DNA of 64,000 nt from an uncultured Gemmatimonadales bacterium (GTDB lineage: Bacteria > Gemmatimonadota > Gemmatimonadetes > Longimicrobiales > Gaopeijiaceae): positions 32,001 to 96,000 of the forward strand of contig CAWGKG010000005.1 of NCBI GenBank assembly GCA_963823035.1, given 5' to 3'. How positions within the stretch are numbered: the first letter of the stretch is position 1; each line of letters begins with the position of its first letter. The position numbers and the translations under genes are program-made. The notes under the pieces were generated by a model that had not been told where the DNA came from, did no database searches, and worked only from the letters and a program-made list of their open reading frames with translations. Below, one piece after another: positions 18,176-29,500 of the stretch.

Positions 18176-20454
18176 ACGTGCCGATCATCCCGCCCGTCCT
18201 GGACGACCGCCGCTTCGATGACCTCGTCGAGGAGCTTCTCGCGCGCATCCCGGCGCATACGCCCGAGTGGACGCATCCGCGCCAGGGCGACCCGGGGCGC
18301 ACGCTGATCGAGCTCTTCGCCTGGCTGGCGGACACGCTGCTGTATCGCGCCAACCTGATCCCCGAGCGGCAGCGCCTGGTGTTCCTGCGCCTGCTCGGGC
18401 AACGCCTGCGCCCGGCCTTGCCCGCGGGCGGGGTGGTCTCCCTCTCGTACGCCCAGGAGGACACGCTTGCGGCGACGCGGCTCGCGCCCGGCGGACGCGT
18501 CGCCGGCCCGGTGGCCTTCGAGACGTTGGCGGAGACGACCGTGCTCCCGATCTCCGCGGAGGTCTACTACAAGCGCAACCTGAGCGACGCCGAGAGCGCG
18601 AAGATGGCGGAGGTGCTCCAGGGACTTTCCAGCATCCACCGTCTCGCGGGCGCGCCGAAGGGCTACGAGACGGCACCCCTGTTCGGAGGGGGCCGCCCCT
18701 CGACCGAGGGCGTGGACGTCTTCTCGGCGAGCGCGGACCACGCCCTGTGGCTGGCGCTCCTCGCGCCCGCCGCTCCGGACCCCGGGCAGCAGCCGACCTT
18801 CAACGATGCCGCACGCGCCCAGCTCGGGGGAGGGGACACCGGCGCGCCGGCGCTGCTCTCCGTGGGGGTCGTTCCGGCGGTGCGGATTCCCGAGCTGTTC
18901 GAGGACATCGGACCGCGCGCCCGCGTTCCCGTGCTGTGGGAGATCACGACCCGGGGCCGCGGCCCGCAGGAGACGGGCTACCTCACGCTCGACCCGGTTC
19001 CCGAGAGCGATACCACCGCGGGGCTGACGCGCGAGGGGGTCCTGCGCCTCCCCCTCCCGGACGAGTCGCTCCTCTGGGCGCCCAGCAACGACGTGGGCGA
19101 GAACCCGCGGGCGGGCGTCGGGGACACCCCGCCGCGTCTCGACGATCCGGAGAAGGCGGTCCGTCTGATCGCCTGGCTTCGCCTGCGGCCGGCGCCGGGT
19201 CAGCCCGACGTGAAGTTGGAGCTGTCGTGGATCGGCATCAACGCGGTGCCGATCGAGCAGCGGATCACGCTGGGCGGGCGCGTGCTGGGGGCGTCCACCG
19301 GCGCGGCCGACCAGGTGTTCGCGCTGCCGACGGGCTCCGTGGATCCGGACACGCTGCAAATCCAGGTCGAGGAGCCGGGAAGGGGCTACCAGGCCTGGCA
19401 GCGCGTCGAGGACCTCGCGGCCATCAGCAGCGATCCCCAGGTGGCGCGCATGGCCCCGGCCTACGAGCTCGACGCCGAAGCGGGTACGGTGCGCTTCGGT
19501 GACGGCGTGCGCGGCCGCGTCCCCGAGCAGCAGATGCGCGTGCGTCTCGCCCTGGGACGGTTCGGGGGCGGTCGCGCCGGCAACCTCCCGGCGGGGACAC
19601 TCACCGAGATGTCGGCACGCCGCGTGGAAGGCGGCAGCGCCCCACCGCTGAAGGTCTCGCAGCCCCTGCCCACGGACGGTGGCGACGACGCCGAGACGCT
19701 GGCCGAGGCCGAGAAGCGGATCCCGACGCGGTTGTGGCATCGGGAGCGGGCGATCACCATCGAAGATTACCGCAGCCTCGCGCTCGAGGCGCCCGGCGTC
19801 GAGGTGGGACGCCTGGAGGTGCTGCCTCGCTTCGAGCCCCGGGGCCGACGCTTCGACGTGCCGGGCGTGGTGAGCGTGATGGCGCTCCCGGCGCGCGCTC
19901 TCTCGGGGCCGCCCAACCCCCGTCCCGACCGACCCTTCATCGAGACGTTGCACGCCTACCTCTCCGCGCGCGTGCCGCTGACCACGGAGGTGTACGTCAT
20001 CGGGTGCGAGTATGTCGCGCTCGGCCTCGCGGTCGGCGTCACCGTGCGCGACGGCTTCGGCCCGGACCAGGTACGCCACGAGGTTCGCCAGACGCTCGAG
20101 CGGCTCCTCTGGCCGCTCGTGGGCGGCGGCGTGGACGGCGAAGGCTGGCCGCTCGGCCGGGCCGTGCGCGAGCGCGAGCTCGAGGTCGAGGTTTCGCGCG
20201 TTCGCGGCGTACGTGAGGTGACGGGACTCAACCTCTTCGGGCGCGCGCGCCTCCCCGACGGCGACGAATGGCGCGCCCTGGCCCACGACCCGGCCGACGG
20301 CACGCAGAGCCTGACGCTCACGCCCTGGCAGCTTCCCGAGCTGCTCTCGGTGGTGGTCGCGGACGGACCCGCTCCGACGGACCTGCGCGCCGTGCCCAAT
20401 CCCTTCGCGGACGAGCGCGCCGTGGCCGTGCCGGTCGTGCCCGAGGTGTGCTGA
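18172..20454 (+). CDS. Baseplate J-like wedge protein (Afp11-like)
   Basis: PVLDDRRFDDL...IPAHTPEWT...DPGRTLIELFAW; VRFGDGVRGRVP; GGDDAET; RERAITIEDY; GWPLGRAV. Confidence 0.9.
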   Translation: MNVPIIPPVLDDRRFDDLVEELLARIPAHTPEWTHPRQGDPGRTLIELFAWLADTLLYRANLIPERQRLVFLRLLGQRLRPALPAGGVVSLSYAQEDTLAATRLAPGGRVAGPVAFETLAETTVLPISAEVYYKRNLSDAESAKMAEVLQGLSSIHRLAGAPKGYETAPLFGGGRPSTEGVDVFSASADHALWLALLAPAAPDPGQQPTFNDAARAQLGGGDTGAPALLSVGVVPAVRIPELFEDIGPRARVPVLWEITTRGRGPQETGYLTLDPVPESDTTAGLTREGVLRLPLPDESLLWAPSNDVGENPRAGVGDTPPRLDDPEKAVRLIAWLRLRPAPGQPDVKLELSWIGINAVPIEQRITLGGRVLGASTGAADQVFALPTGSVDPDTLQIQVEEPGRGYQAWQRVEDLAAISSDPQVARMAPAYELDAEAGTVRFGDGVRGRVPEQQMRVRLALGRFGGGRAGNLPAGTLTEMSARRVEGGSAPPLKVSQPLPTDGGDDAETLAEAEKRIPTRLWHRERAITIEDYRSLALEAPGVEVGRLEVLPRFEPRGRRFDVPGVVSVMALPARALSGPPNPRPDRPFIETLHAYLSARVPLTTEVYVIGCEYVALGLAVGVTVRDGFGPDQVRHEVRQTLERLLWPLVGGGVDGEGWPLGRAVRERELEVEVSRVRGVREVTGLNLFGRARLPDGDEWRALAHDPADGTQSLTLTPWQLPELLSVVVADGPAPTDLRAVPNPFADERAVAVPVVPEVC

Positions 20455-23199
20455 TGGACGCGAACGGGCAGCGCTTCTGGATGCTCGCGGGGTCGGCGCA
20501 CTGGCGCTGGCGCAGCCACGCCCGCTGGGACGAGGCATGCCAGGCCCTCCGCCTCGCCAGCGAGCGCACCCTGGCCACCCCCGCCGACCTGGTGAGCGCG
20601 CACGCGGCGGCCAACTCGGCGCTGGAGCGGGTGCCACGCGCCCTCGACGAGGTGGAGGCGGTCGCGTGGTGGAGCCCGGACGACGCGGCCGTCGTCGCGC
20701 GGAGCACGCTGCCCGGGGCCGCCGTGTTGCTTCCCCTGCCGGCCGCGCCCACCGACCTCGTCGTCGGCTTCGACGGCGTGCTCTACGCCATCGGCTCCGG
20801 CGGGGTGCGCCTGCACGACCTCCGAGGGCGGTGGGAGGACGTCACCGTCGAAGCCGCGGACTTCACGCCCTGGCGCGCGGCGGCCGACCCGCGCGGCGGC
20901 CTCTGGCTGCTCGAGCGCTCCAGCGGACGGCTGGCCCGGCTCACGGGGATGCCGATGACGGTCGGGCCGTACTTCGAATACTCCGGCACGACCTTCCGAC
21001 CCGACCCCGAGAACTGCCGACCTCCGACGATCACGCTCCTGCGCGCACCGGCGTGGTCGGTGGACGAGCGTCCGGTCGCGCTGGCGTGCCCGGGCGAATC
21101 CGGGCCGGCCGTCCTCTCCTGGATCGGAGGGGAGGGGACGTCCCGTCTTCGCTTCTGGAACGAGCGGGAGCCGGCCCTCGGCGAGGCGTACGAGCTGGTG
21201 GGCGCCCTCTGGGCCTACGGCCTCGCGTTCGTGGACGCGGATACCGCGGTGGTGCGCGTCCCCGACCGGGTGGACGCGCCGGCCTTCGAGCTGTCCGCGG
21301 CCGACGCGGACGGGCGCATCCGACCGAACGGCGACATCTACCCGCTGGCCGCGGAGGCCGTCGAGGCGCCCTTCGCCCACCGGCTCGGCGGACCCCCGCG
21401 CTATCCGGTCGCGCTCGAGGGCGGTCCGGGCGCCGAGCCGCTGCATCGGCTCTCGCTCACGAACCTCGCGCGTCGAGGTGAGGCGCGACACTTCACCGGC
21501 GACGACGTGCATCCGATCGACAGCGGCGACACGCGCACCGTATGGCATCGGCTCTACGCGGAGGCCCGCATCCCGGCCGACACGGGTTTCGTCGTATGGT
21601 GCGCGGCGACCCCCGAGGCTTCGCCGCCGAACCCGGACGACCGCTCCGCCTGGCTCCCGCATGCCTTCGGCGAGACGCCCCTCGTCGAGCCGCAAGCGCC
21701 GCGCGCGGCCAGGGAGCGCGCCCCGTCCGAGCTTCCGCACCATCCGGGCCTCGGCTCGCTGGGCGGCGGACGAGCGCCGCGCGGGACTGTGGTCGGCTCT
21801 GATCCAGGACCCGCGCCGCCGGGTGCGCCGCCTCGTAGGGCGGTACCTGTGGGTGCGGGTCGAGCTCTTCGGGGACGGACGCGTCGGCCCCGAGATCGCG
21901 GCGGTGCGCGCCTGGGCGAGTCGCTTCTCGTACCGGGATCGCTACCTCCCACGCCTCTATCGGGAGAGCCAGTTCGGGGCGCCGGCCGTCGCTCCGGGCG
22001 AGCGCGTCGCGGCGGTGGAGGCCGAGCGGGCGGACGCGCTCGACGCCGGTGGCAGCCTGCCGGAGGCCCTGCGCGCGCGGCTGATGCTCGAGGGCGTGGT
22101 GCCCAGCGCCGACGCGCGCGTCCGCGTCGACGTCCCCGGCGAGCGGTGGCTTCTGAGCGACGGTGCGGGCGGCCGGGCCTGGCGCCTGCAACGCGAGGAG
22201 GCGCCGGCCACCGGCGCCGCCATCGGCGTCTACCGGCCGCAGGCCACGCCCGCCGACTTCCTCGAGCGCATGCTGGGCAGCTTCGAGGGCCTGCTCACGC
22301 CGGTGGAGGACCGGATCGAAGCGGCGCACCTGCTCACCGATCCCGCCGTCGTGCCGGAGACGAGCCTCGACTGGCTGGGCGCCTGGATCGGCGTGGGCTT
22401 CGACCCTGCGCTGGCGGGTTCCCGGCGCCGGGCCTGGCTGGCCGCCGCACCCGAGATGGCGCGCCGGCACGGCACGCGCGCGGGTCTCGAACTGGCGCTC
22501 GACGTGGCGAGCGGGGGCGGCGTGGCCGGTGGCGAGATCGTCGTGCTCGAGGACTTCCGGCTCCGCCGCCTCCTCGCCACACTCCTCGGCGTCGACCTCC
22601 AGGTGGAGGACGACCCGCTCCTCCCGGGGCTCGTCGTCAGCGGCAACTCGGTGGTGGGCGACACGCTCGTGCTCGGCGAGGCCGAGCGCGTCGAGCTGCT
22701 GGCCCTCTTCCGCTCCGAGGTGGCGAGCGCGGAGGAGAACCAGGCGGTGCTCGCCTTCTACGAGAAGCTCGCCTTTCGCGCGACCGTCCTGGTGCACCAG
22801 AGCATCACCGAGACCGACCTGGGCCTCCTCCGCCGCATCGTCGAGCTGGCGAGCCCCGCGCACGCGATCGTGCGGGTCGTGACGGCCACGTGGCCCCTGC
22901 TCGTGGGCGTGGCGAGCCTGGTCGGCGTCGACACCTACCTCGGGCCGAGGCCACCCCGACGCCCCGCGCGCGTCGACGTCTCGGCGGCCGGCCAGGACTA
23001 CGTCATGGCACCCGCGACGCTGGATCCGCGCCTCGCCGGAGCCGCGGCTGCCATGCCGGCCGACCCGCCCGTGGCCGACGCGGGCGCGGACTTCACCACC
23101 CCGTTCGGTGCGTCCTTCGAGCTGGACGGGAGCGGATCCGACGCTGCCCCCGGGCGGCACATCGACGAGTACCGCTGGCGGCTCCTGCCGCCGGACTGA
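20454..23199 (+). CDS. Large baseplate / phage tail protein I-like protein with C-terminal PKD-like domain; apparent frameshift ~21760
   Basis: Starts MDANGQRFWML in one frame, continues GRYLWVRVEL...RYLPRLYRE...DFLERML...LDWLGAWIG...RHGTRAGL...PAH in the 21478 frame; ends PVADAGAD...LDGSGS...YRW. Confidence 0.78.
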
Positions 23200-23220
23200 C
23201 CCCTACCCATTGGAGACCCC

Positions 23221-23538
23221 ATGGCCGAGTTCATCATCAACACGGACGTCAAGACCGACACGCCGACCGTCGAGGTCACGATCTCGCCCGACCGTCCGCT
23301 GGCGCTCGGCAGGCATCGCTTCCGCCTGATCGTGGTGGACGACTCGGGCAACAACTCCGTACCCGACGAGGTGGACGTGATCGTGGCGGACTCGGAGGCG
23401 CCGACCGCGGTGCTCTCGGCGCCGGCCACCGTCGCCTTCGGCGCGAGCTTCCCGCTCGATGGGCGGCGCTCCGTGGACGCGGGTGGCGGGCGCATCACGA
23501 CGTACCTCTGGACCTACCTCGGCCCGAACCCCCGCTGA
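23221..23538 (+). CDS. Small two-module Ig/PKD-like protein
   Basis: GRHRFRLIVVDDSGNNS then APTAVLSAP...FPLDGRRSVDAGGGRITTYLW; GGAG RBS. Confidence 0.75.
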   Translation: MAEFIINTDVKTDTPTVEVTISPDRPLALGRHRFRLIVVDDSGNNSVPDEVDVIVADSEAPTAVLSAPATVAFGASFPLDGRRSVDAGGGRITTYLWTYLGPNPR

Positions 23539-23547
23539 GCCCCCACC

Positions 23548-23748
23548 ATGGCACGGTTCGCGGTCGGCCGCCCGGTCAAGACACGGGAGCCCGTCGTCAC
23601 CGTCGACGGCGGGCTGGATCCGGGCGTGCACCGATTCCAGCTGGTGGTGACGACCGTGGACGGCCGCGTCAGCAAGCCGGACGTGGTCAGCGTGACCGTC
23701 GCGAGGGGCATCCCGACGCCCACCCGCATCCCGATCCCCAGGGAGTGA
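23548..23748 (+). CDS. Small Ig-like protein, paralogous to the N-terminal half of the preceding gene
   Basis: VKTREPVVTV...GVHRFQLVV...SKPD aligns by eye with VKTDTPTVEV...GRHRFRLIV...SVPD. Confidence 0.65.
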   Translation: MARFAVGRPVKTREPVVTVDGGLDPGVHRFQLVVTTVDGRVSKPDVVSVTVARGIPTPTRIPIPRE

Positions 23749-23752
23749 CGCC

Positions 23753-24673
23753 ATGAGCGCAACCACCCGCCTCCCAGAAACCGATCCGCTGTTCGCCCGA
23801 CCGGCACCGGAGCGGCCGTTCTACGCCACGGGGATGCTCCTCGACGCAGGCGACTTCCTCGACGAGCAGACCTACCATCGCGGGCGGCTGGCCCAGGCGG
23901 TGGCCTTCCTCACGGGCGGCGGTACCCTCGCCGGGCTGGCCGTCACCCACGCCCCGGAGGCCGAGGGCACCGCAGAGGAGGTGCGCGTCGCGCCGGGCCT
24001 CGCCGTGGACCGTCTCGGGCGCCTGGTCGAGGTGCCTCGGCCAGCCTGCGTGCGGCTGCAACGGTGGTGGGAGGCGACCTTCGCCGTCGACGACGGCGAC
24101 ACATTGTTGCGGGCCGCCTACGAGGATCCGGCTCGCTTCGTGAGCGCTCGTGCCGCCGCAGAGGCCGGCGAGGACGGACGCCCCGCGATCCCCGCGCGGG
24201 CGGTGGTGGCGGACGTCTTCGTGCGCTTCGTGGCGTGCGAGCGGGGGCTGACGCCGAGCTTCGCGGCGGGTCCGTTCGACGCGCTCGACGCGGTCGCCAC
24301 GTCGCGGCTGCGGGACGCCTACGAGCTCCTGCTCGTCCCCCGGGACGGGTTGGACGACGACTTCGACGGCCTGCCTCCCGCCGGAGAGGATCTTTCCGCC
24401 ATCGAGGAGCTCGACGCTCGGCGGGCCGCCCTGCAGGACGCGGTGCTCTCCGCGTGGCCGGAGGGCGGCTCGGCCGGCCTCGCGGACGCGCTGCCGCCGC
24501 TACCCGAGCACCCGCGCGGCATCGACGCGACGGCGCAGCTCCTCGCGCGCGTCCTGATCCCCGTGGGCACCGACGACCCGCCGGAGCGCGACGGCGCGGA
24601 CGTGGTGATCGACAACTGGCCACGCCGCTTCGTGGCTTCGACCCGTCTCCTGCAGCGCTGGCTCGGGATCTGA
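23753..24673 (+). CDS. Afp13-like (tail-fibre N-terminal domain) protein 1
   Basis: RPFYATGMLLDAGDFLDEQTYHRGR...GTLAGLAV...VRVAPGLAVDRLGRLV. Confidence 0.7.
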   Translation: MSATTRLPETDPLFARPAPERPFYATGMLLDAGDFLDEQTYHRGRLAQAVAFLTGGGTLAGLAVTHAPEAEGTAEEVRVAPGLAVDRLGRLVEVPRPACVRLQRWWEATFAVDDGDTLLRAAYEDPARFVSARAAAEAGEDGRPAIPARAVVADVFVRFVACERGLTPSFAAGPFDALDAVATSRLRDAYELLLVPRDGLDDDFDGLPPAGEDLSAIEELDARRAALQDAVLSAWPEGGSAGLADALPPLPEHPRGIDATAQLLARVLIPVGTDDPPERDGADVVIDNWPRRFVASTRLLQRWLGI

Positions 24674-24690
24674 GAGGAAGGAGAACGACC

Positions 24691-26503
24691 ATGGAATTCG
24701 TCCGAGGCTCGAATCGCGAGCTCCTGCCCGCCGCCGTCGCAGCCGACCTGCGCAGGGCGGGCGCCCTGATCGAAGACCACCGCCGCGAGCGTCCGCGCTG
24801 GTTCGACGGCCGCTTCCTCGCGGCCCGCGACCTGGTCCGGGAGCAGCAGTACTTCCTGACGCGTGAGGCGGACCTCGGGCGCGCCGCGGGGAGCGGGGTC
24901 GCGACGGGCCTCGACGTCACCGTGGGCTCGAGCTCCCAGACGCTGCGCATCGGCGCGGGGCACGGCATCACCCCGTCGGGTGAGCTCGTGCTCCTCGAGC
25001 GGTCGCTGACCGTGGATCTCGCCGACCTTCCCCGCGCCGAGGGGCTCTCGGGGAAGTTCGGGCTGGGACGGATCCCCGTGCCGCCGCTCCGGAGCCGCAC
25101 GGGGCTCTTCGCGCTCGGGCTGCGCCCGGTGGAGTTCACCGCGAATCCCGTGGGCGCGTACCCCACGTCGATCACGGGTCAGCGCACGGTCGAGGACGGC
25201 GACGTGGTCGAGGCCACGGCCGTGGTGCTCGTGCCGTGGCCGGACGACGGCAGCGCGGACACGCTGGACGTCCGCAGGGGTCGCGCCGCGCGCGCCGTCT
25301 TCGTGGAGGGCGACGACCGTGGCCTGGCGGCGGACGTCCTACCCCTGTGCATGCTCGCCCTGAGCGACAACGCCGTGGCGTGGATCGACGTCCCCATGCT
25401 GCGCCGGGAGCTGGGCGCGGACCGCGCCGACCTGCCCGGGCTGGGCCTGGCACCGCGTGCCCTCCGCTTCGCGCACCTGCTGCAGCACCAGGGGCACGTC
25501 GCCGACGTGATCGCCGCGAACGGCGGCCGCAGCTTCCCGGCAGCCGCCGTCTTCCCGGCCCTCCCGCCCGCCGGACCCCTGCCGCCGGGGGTGATCGATC
25601 CGGGCGATTTCACGCAGCGCTACTTCCCGGCCGAGGTCGACGTCGACTTCGCCATCATCCCCGAGGACGAGCTACCCGCCCTGGTCGAGGAGGCGCTGGC
25701 GCTTCCCGCGTTCGACCTCACCGCCGCGGACGAGGCCCTCGATTCCAGCTCGGTCCTCGTCCTGGCGCCGGTCCCGCGCGAGGAGTGGCGGTCGGTTCTG
25801 GCTCGCCTGGAGACGCTGACGCGCGCGGTCCGCCCGGCCGCGCCCAACCGCGTCGCGGCGCGCAAGCCGTTGGAGATCCTCCAGCTCCTGCGGGTCCCCA
25901 CGCCGGCGGCGGCCCCGCTTGGACCCGACGAGTCCGTCGGATGCGGAATGGCAGCGGCTGGCCCGGCTCGACAGCCTCTGGTACGTGCGTCGGCGGAACC
26001 TCGCCTACCGCGAGGATCTGACGGGAACGGCCAGGCGCCTGGCGGGACGGGAGGCGGTGCTCAGCTCGGGCCGGCTGAGCGGGCTCGACGCCTTGGGCCT
26101 GCGCACCCTCCTCGACGCGACGCTCGAGCGCGCGACACCCGCCGCGCGCACCGAGATCACCAGCCTCCTCGCGAGCCCGCGCATCGCCGACTCGCCGACG
26201 CTGACGGCGGCCACGTTGGGCGAGCTGTCACGGGCCGACAAGGTCGACCTCGCGGCCGCGCTCCGGACCACCTCGGCGCTCACCGCGCCGAACGCGGGCG
26301 CCGGGCTGACGCGCCTCGACGCCGGCGGGGTGGCGGACAACCCGGCGGCGATCGAGCGGATCGCGAGCGATCCCGAGTGGCGCACCCTGGACCGGGAGGC
26401 GCGCCTGGCCTCCACCGACGCGCTGCCGACCATCACCGAGCGGTTGATCACCGGGACGACCCCGACCCGGGGCGGTACGACGCCTCGCAGGGGAGGAGGC
26501 TGA
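24691..26503 (+). CDS. Afp13-like protein 2; apparent frameshift ~25920
   Basis: ATG 24691 after AAGGAG; RPRWFDGRFLAARDLVREQQY...GVATGLDV...IGAGHGITPSGE; continues in the 25919..26503 frame. Confidence 0.68.
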
Positions 26504-26513
26504 GGAGACCACG

Positions 26514-29500
26514 ATGAGCATCTCCCCGATCACCCGACCCCTTCCGGGCGAGCGCGTCGTCGCGCTGTGGCCGGACGACGGCGCCGCGGCTGCGGCCACC
26601 TGGCTTCGCCGGCCGAACCTCTTCCCCGGTCGCGCCCTCACGGCGCCCACGCTGGACGCGCGCGCCCTCTGGGAGGCGGGACACGTCGCCCAGCGCGGAC
26701 AGGCGTTCACGGCCGGGGTCGTGCGCGGCCTCGGGGTCGACACCTCGATCGGCGAGGTGCCCGAGGGCGGCGGGCGGCCGGCGCTGAGACTGCGCATCGG
26801 GGCCGGGCAGGGGCTGGCGGCGAGCGGGGAGGACGTCGTCCTCCTGCAGGAAGTCGAGGCGGACCTCTGGGGGCTGCCCGTCGTCGCGCCCCCCGGCGTC
26901 TTCGAAGGCGGCGGGTTCGGGGGCGGTGGCGTGCTACAGCCCCGCTCGATCGGCCCTGCGCTCGGTGATCTCCTGGACACGTTCCCCGACGCGCTGCCGC
27001 GCGCGGGGGTGCTGGTGTTGCAGCCCGTCTCGGTCGAGCACGCGGACATCGACCCGGACGACCCGTGCGACCGGTGCGGGTGCGACGGCGCCGTCGGCTT
27101 CGAGGACTGGCGCCGGGCCGATGCGGCGCGCCTGCTCTGGTACGCCTGGCCGGAGGACCGGCTCCCGCTGCCGCCCGGAAACGCGCAGCTCCGCAACCGG
27201 CTGGCCTGGACCGTCTTCGACGCGGAGCGGGCCCTCGAGCCCGGCGCGGTCCTCCCATGGGAGGAGGTCGGCGTGCCGCTCGCCCTGGTCGGCGTCGACG
27301 CCGCCTTCCTCCCACGCTTCACGGACCGCCACGCCGTGGTCCGGCGTGGCGGACGGGGCCGCTACAGCCGCCTCGAGCTCGCCGCAGGGGCGTCGGGACG
27401 CGCGCTGGGAACGAGCGCGCGCCTGCCGGGACTCTGGCAGGCGCAGATCGAACAGCTGGCGGAGCAGGTGGCCGCGCTGGGGAGTCCGCCGCCGGCCCCG
27501 GGCGAGCTGGCCGCGGACTTCGACCGGTTGCCTCCGTGCGGGCTCCTGCCGAGGAACGTGATCGACCTCGGCACGCAGAGCAGCGCCTTCTTCCCGGAAG
27601 CGTTCGACCTGGACGCCGTCCCGGTTCCGGTCGAGCAGCTTGATCTCGCGCTGCGCGAGTGCGCCGGCCTCGCGCCGCTCGCGTTGGCGGGCGGCGAGCG
27701 CGTACGGGTGCTGGTGCCGGTCTCGCAGGCCTCGTGGGAGCCCCGTCTCCTCCTGACCGAGGAGATCGACCCGGAGTTCCAGGCGACGCTGGACCGCTTC
27801 CTCCTCGATCGGGGCCGCACCCTCGGTGGCCGTCAGTCCGTGCGCGTGAAGAGCGCCGTGCTGCTCGATGCCCTTCGCGGGGAGGCACCGCCCGTTCCCG
27901 CGATCGGCGACGACCCGCAGGCCCTCGAGCCGGAGACGCTCGGCGCGTGGGGCCCACCCGCCGCTTCCGGCGGCCACCGCTCGGCGACGCGCGCCGGTGT
28001 GCACGGGCACGCCTTCTCCGGCGCGAGCGCCACCATCACGCCCACCGCCGGTGACGCGCTGTACGCCTGGGTCCACCTCGACGCCGACAACCCTCCGCGC
28101 ACGCTGATGCTGGAGTGGCGGAGCGGGAGGGCGGAGCACCGTGCCTACTGGGGGGAGAACCTCATCGACCGCGGGAGCGACGGCCGCGTCACCCGCCTGC
28201 GCGTGGGCGACCTGCCCGAAGCGGGGCGCTGGCTGCGCCTGGACGTTCCCGCCGCGGTGATGGAATTCGAGGACGCCGCGCTCGACGGGATGGGCTTCGC
28301 GCTCTTCGACGGCCAGGCGGCCTTCGGCCCGAGCGGGAGGCTGAACGACGGCGTCGAGCTCCCCTGGTTCGACGGCACGCCGCCGAAGGGGGCCGAAACG
28401 GGCGGCGACGAGGACTTCGAGCTTCTCACCGCCAACGAGCTGCTCGCGCCCTTCGAGGCACAGTACGGCGTCGTGCCCGCGGATGCGGACGCCGACGTGC
28501 CCGACGGCGTGAGCGAGACGCTCACGGAGTTGGTGGCCGACCCGCGCCTGACCGACCTCCTCTCCGTGAGCGAGCGGGCCCAGCTTCCGGAGCGAGGCGT
28601 GGAGGGGTTCATCGCCTATCTGAGGGCGCGCGCGGACCGGGCCGACGACCTCGTCGACTACGGCTTCCTGAAGGTCCAGACCGACATCTACCGCGTCCGT
28701 CAGCTGGTGCTGGGCACCACCGACGCCACGAGGCTGGCGGTGTCGCCCGCCCTCGCGGGGATCGCCAAGGCCGAGACCGCCGTGGCCTCGCAGGAGAGCA
28801 TCGCCACCTACTTCGACAAGCTGCGCGGCACCAAGGCGGCGACCGCCTCCGGCACCACCGAGGCGTCGCCGGACGCCGGCACGACGTCGGGCGCGGGCGG
28901 CGGCACGCGCGGGAGCTTCTTGTCTCGACAGCGTGGCGCGCATCTCGCAGCCGGTCGTCACGCTGCGCGGTGGGACACCGATCGGGTTCCCCACCGCGGC
29001 CGAGGCCGTACGCGCGCAGACGACCACGGCGCCGCTCGTGCGGGGCTCCACGTACACGCCGGGCGACATCACCAACGCCCCTCCGCTCGTCGGCAACTTC
29101 GACGTGCGCACGCTCAGCATCGTGGAGCGGCTCCAGCTGCCGAAGGCGCAGGAGGCGCGCGACTACTCCACGGCCACCCGGCACGAAGCGGTGCTCGGCC
29201 TCGTGCGCCTCGCCGATCAGCTCACGAAGGAGGACGGGGAGGTGCCCGGGCTGTTCGACGACATCGACGTGTGGGGGCTCACGGGCGACGAGTTCGTGCC
29301 CGGAGGAGACGATCCGGTGGCCGCGCTGCGCCGTCCGCTGCGCGACTTCATCAAGGCGGACGGGCGTGCCACGCTGCTGTCGGCGCTGCTGCGGCCCCCG
29401 CTCCGTGACGCGGCCGACGAGGCGGGGAACTTCTCCGACAGCGCGGACATGGCCGACCGCACCATCGCCCTCCTGCGACAGGTGGAGGGGAGGGTGAAGC

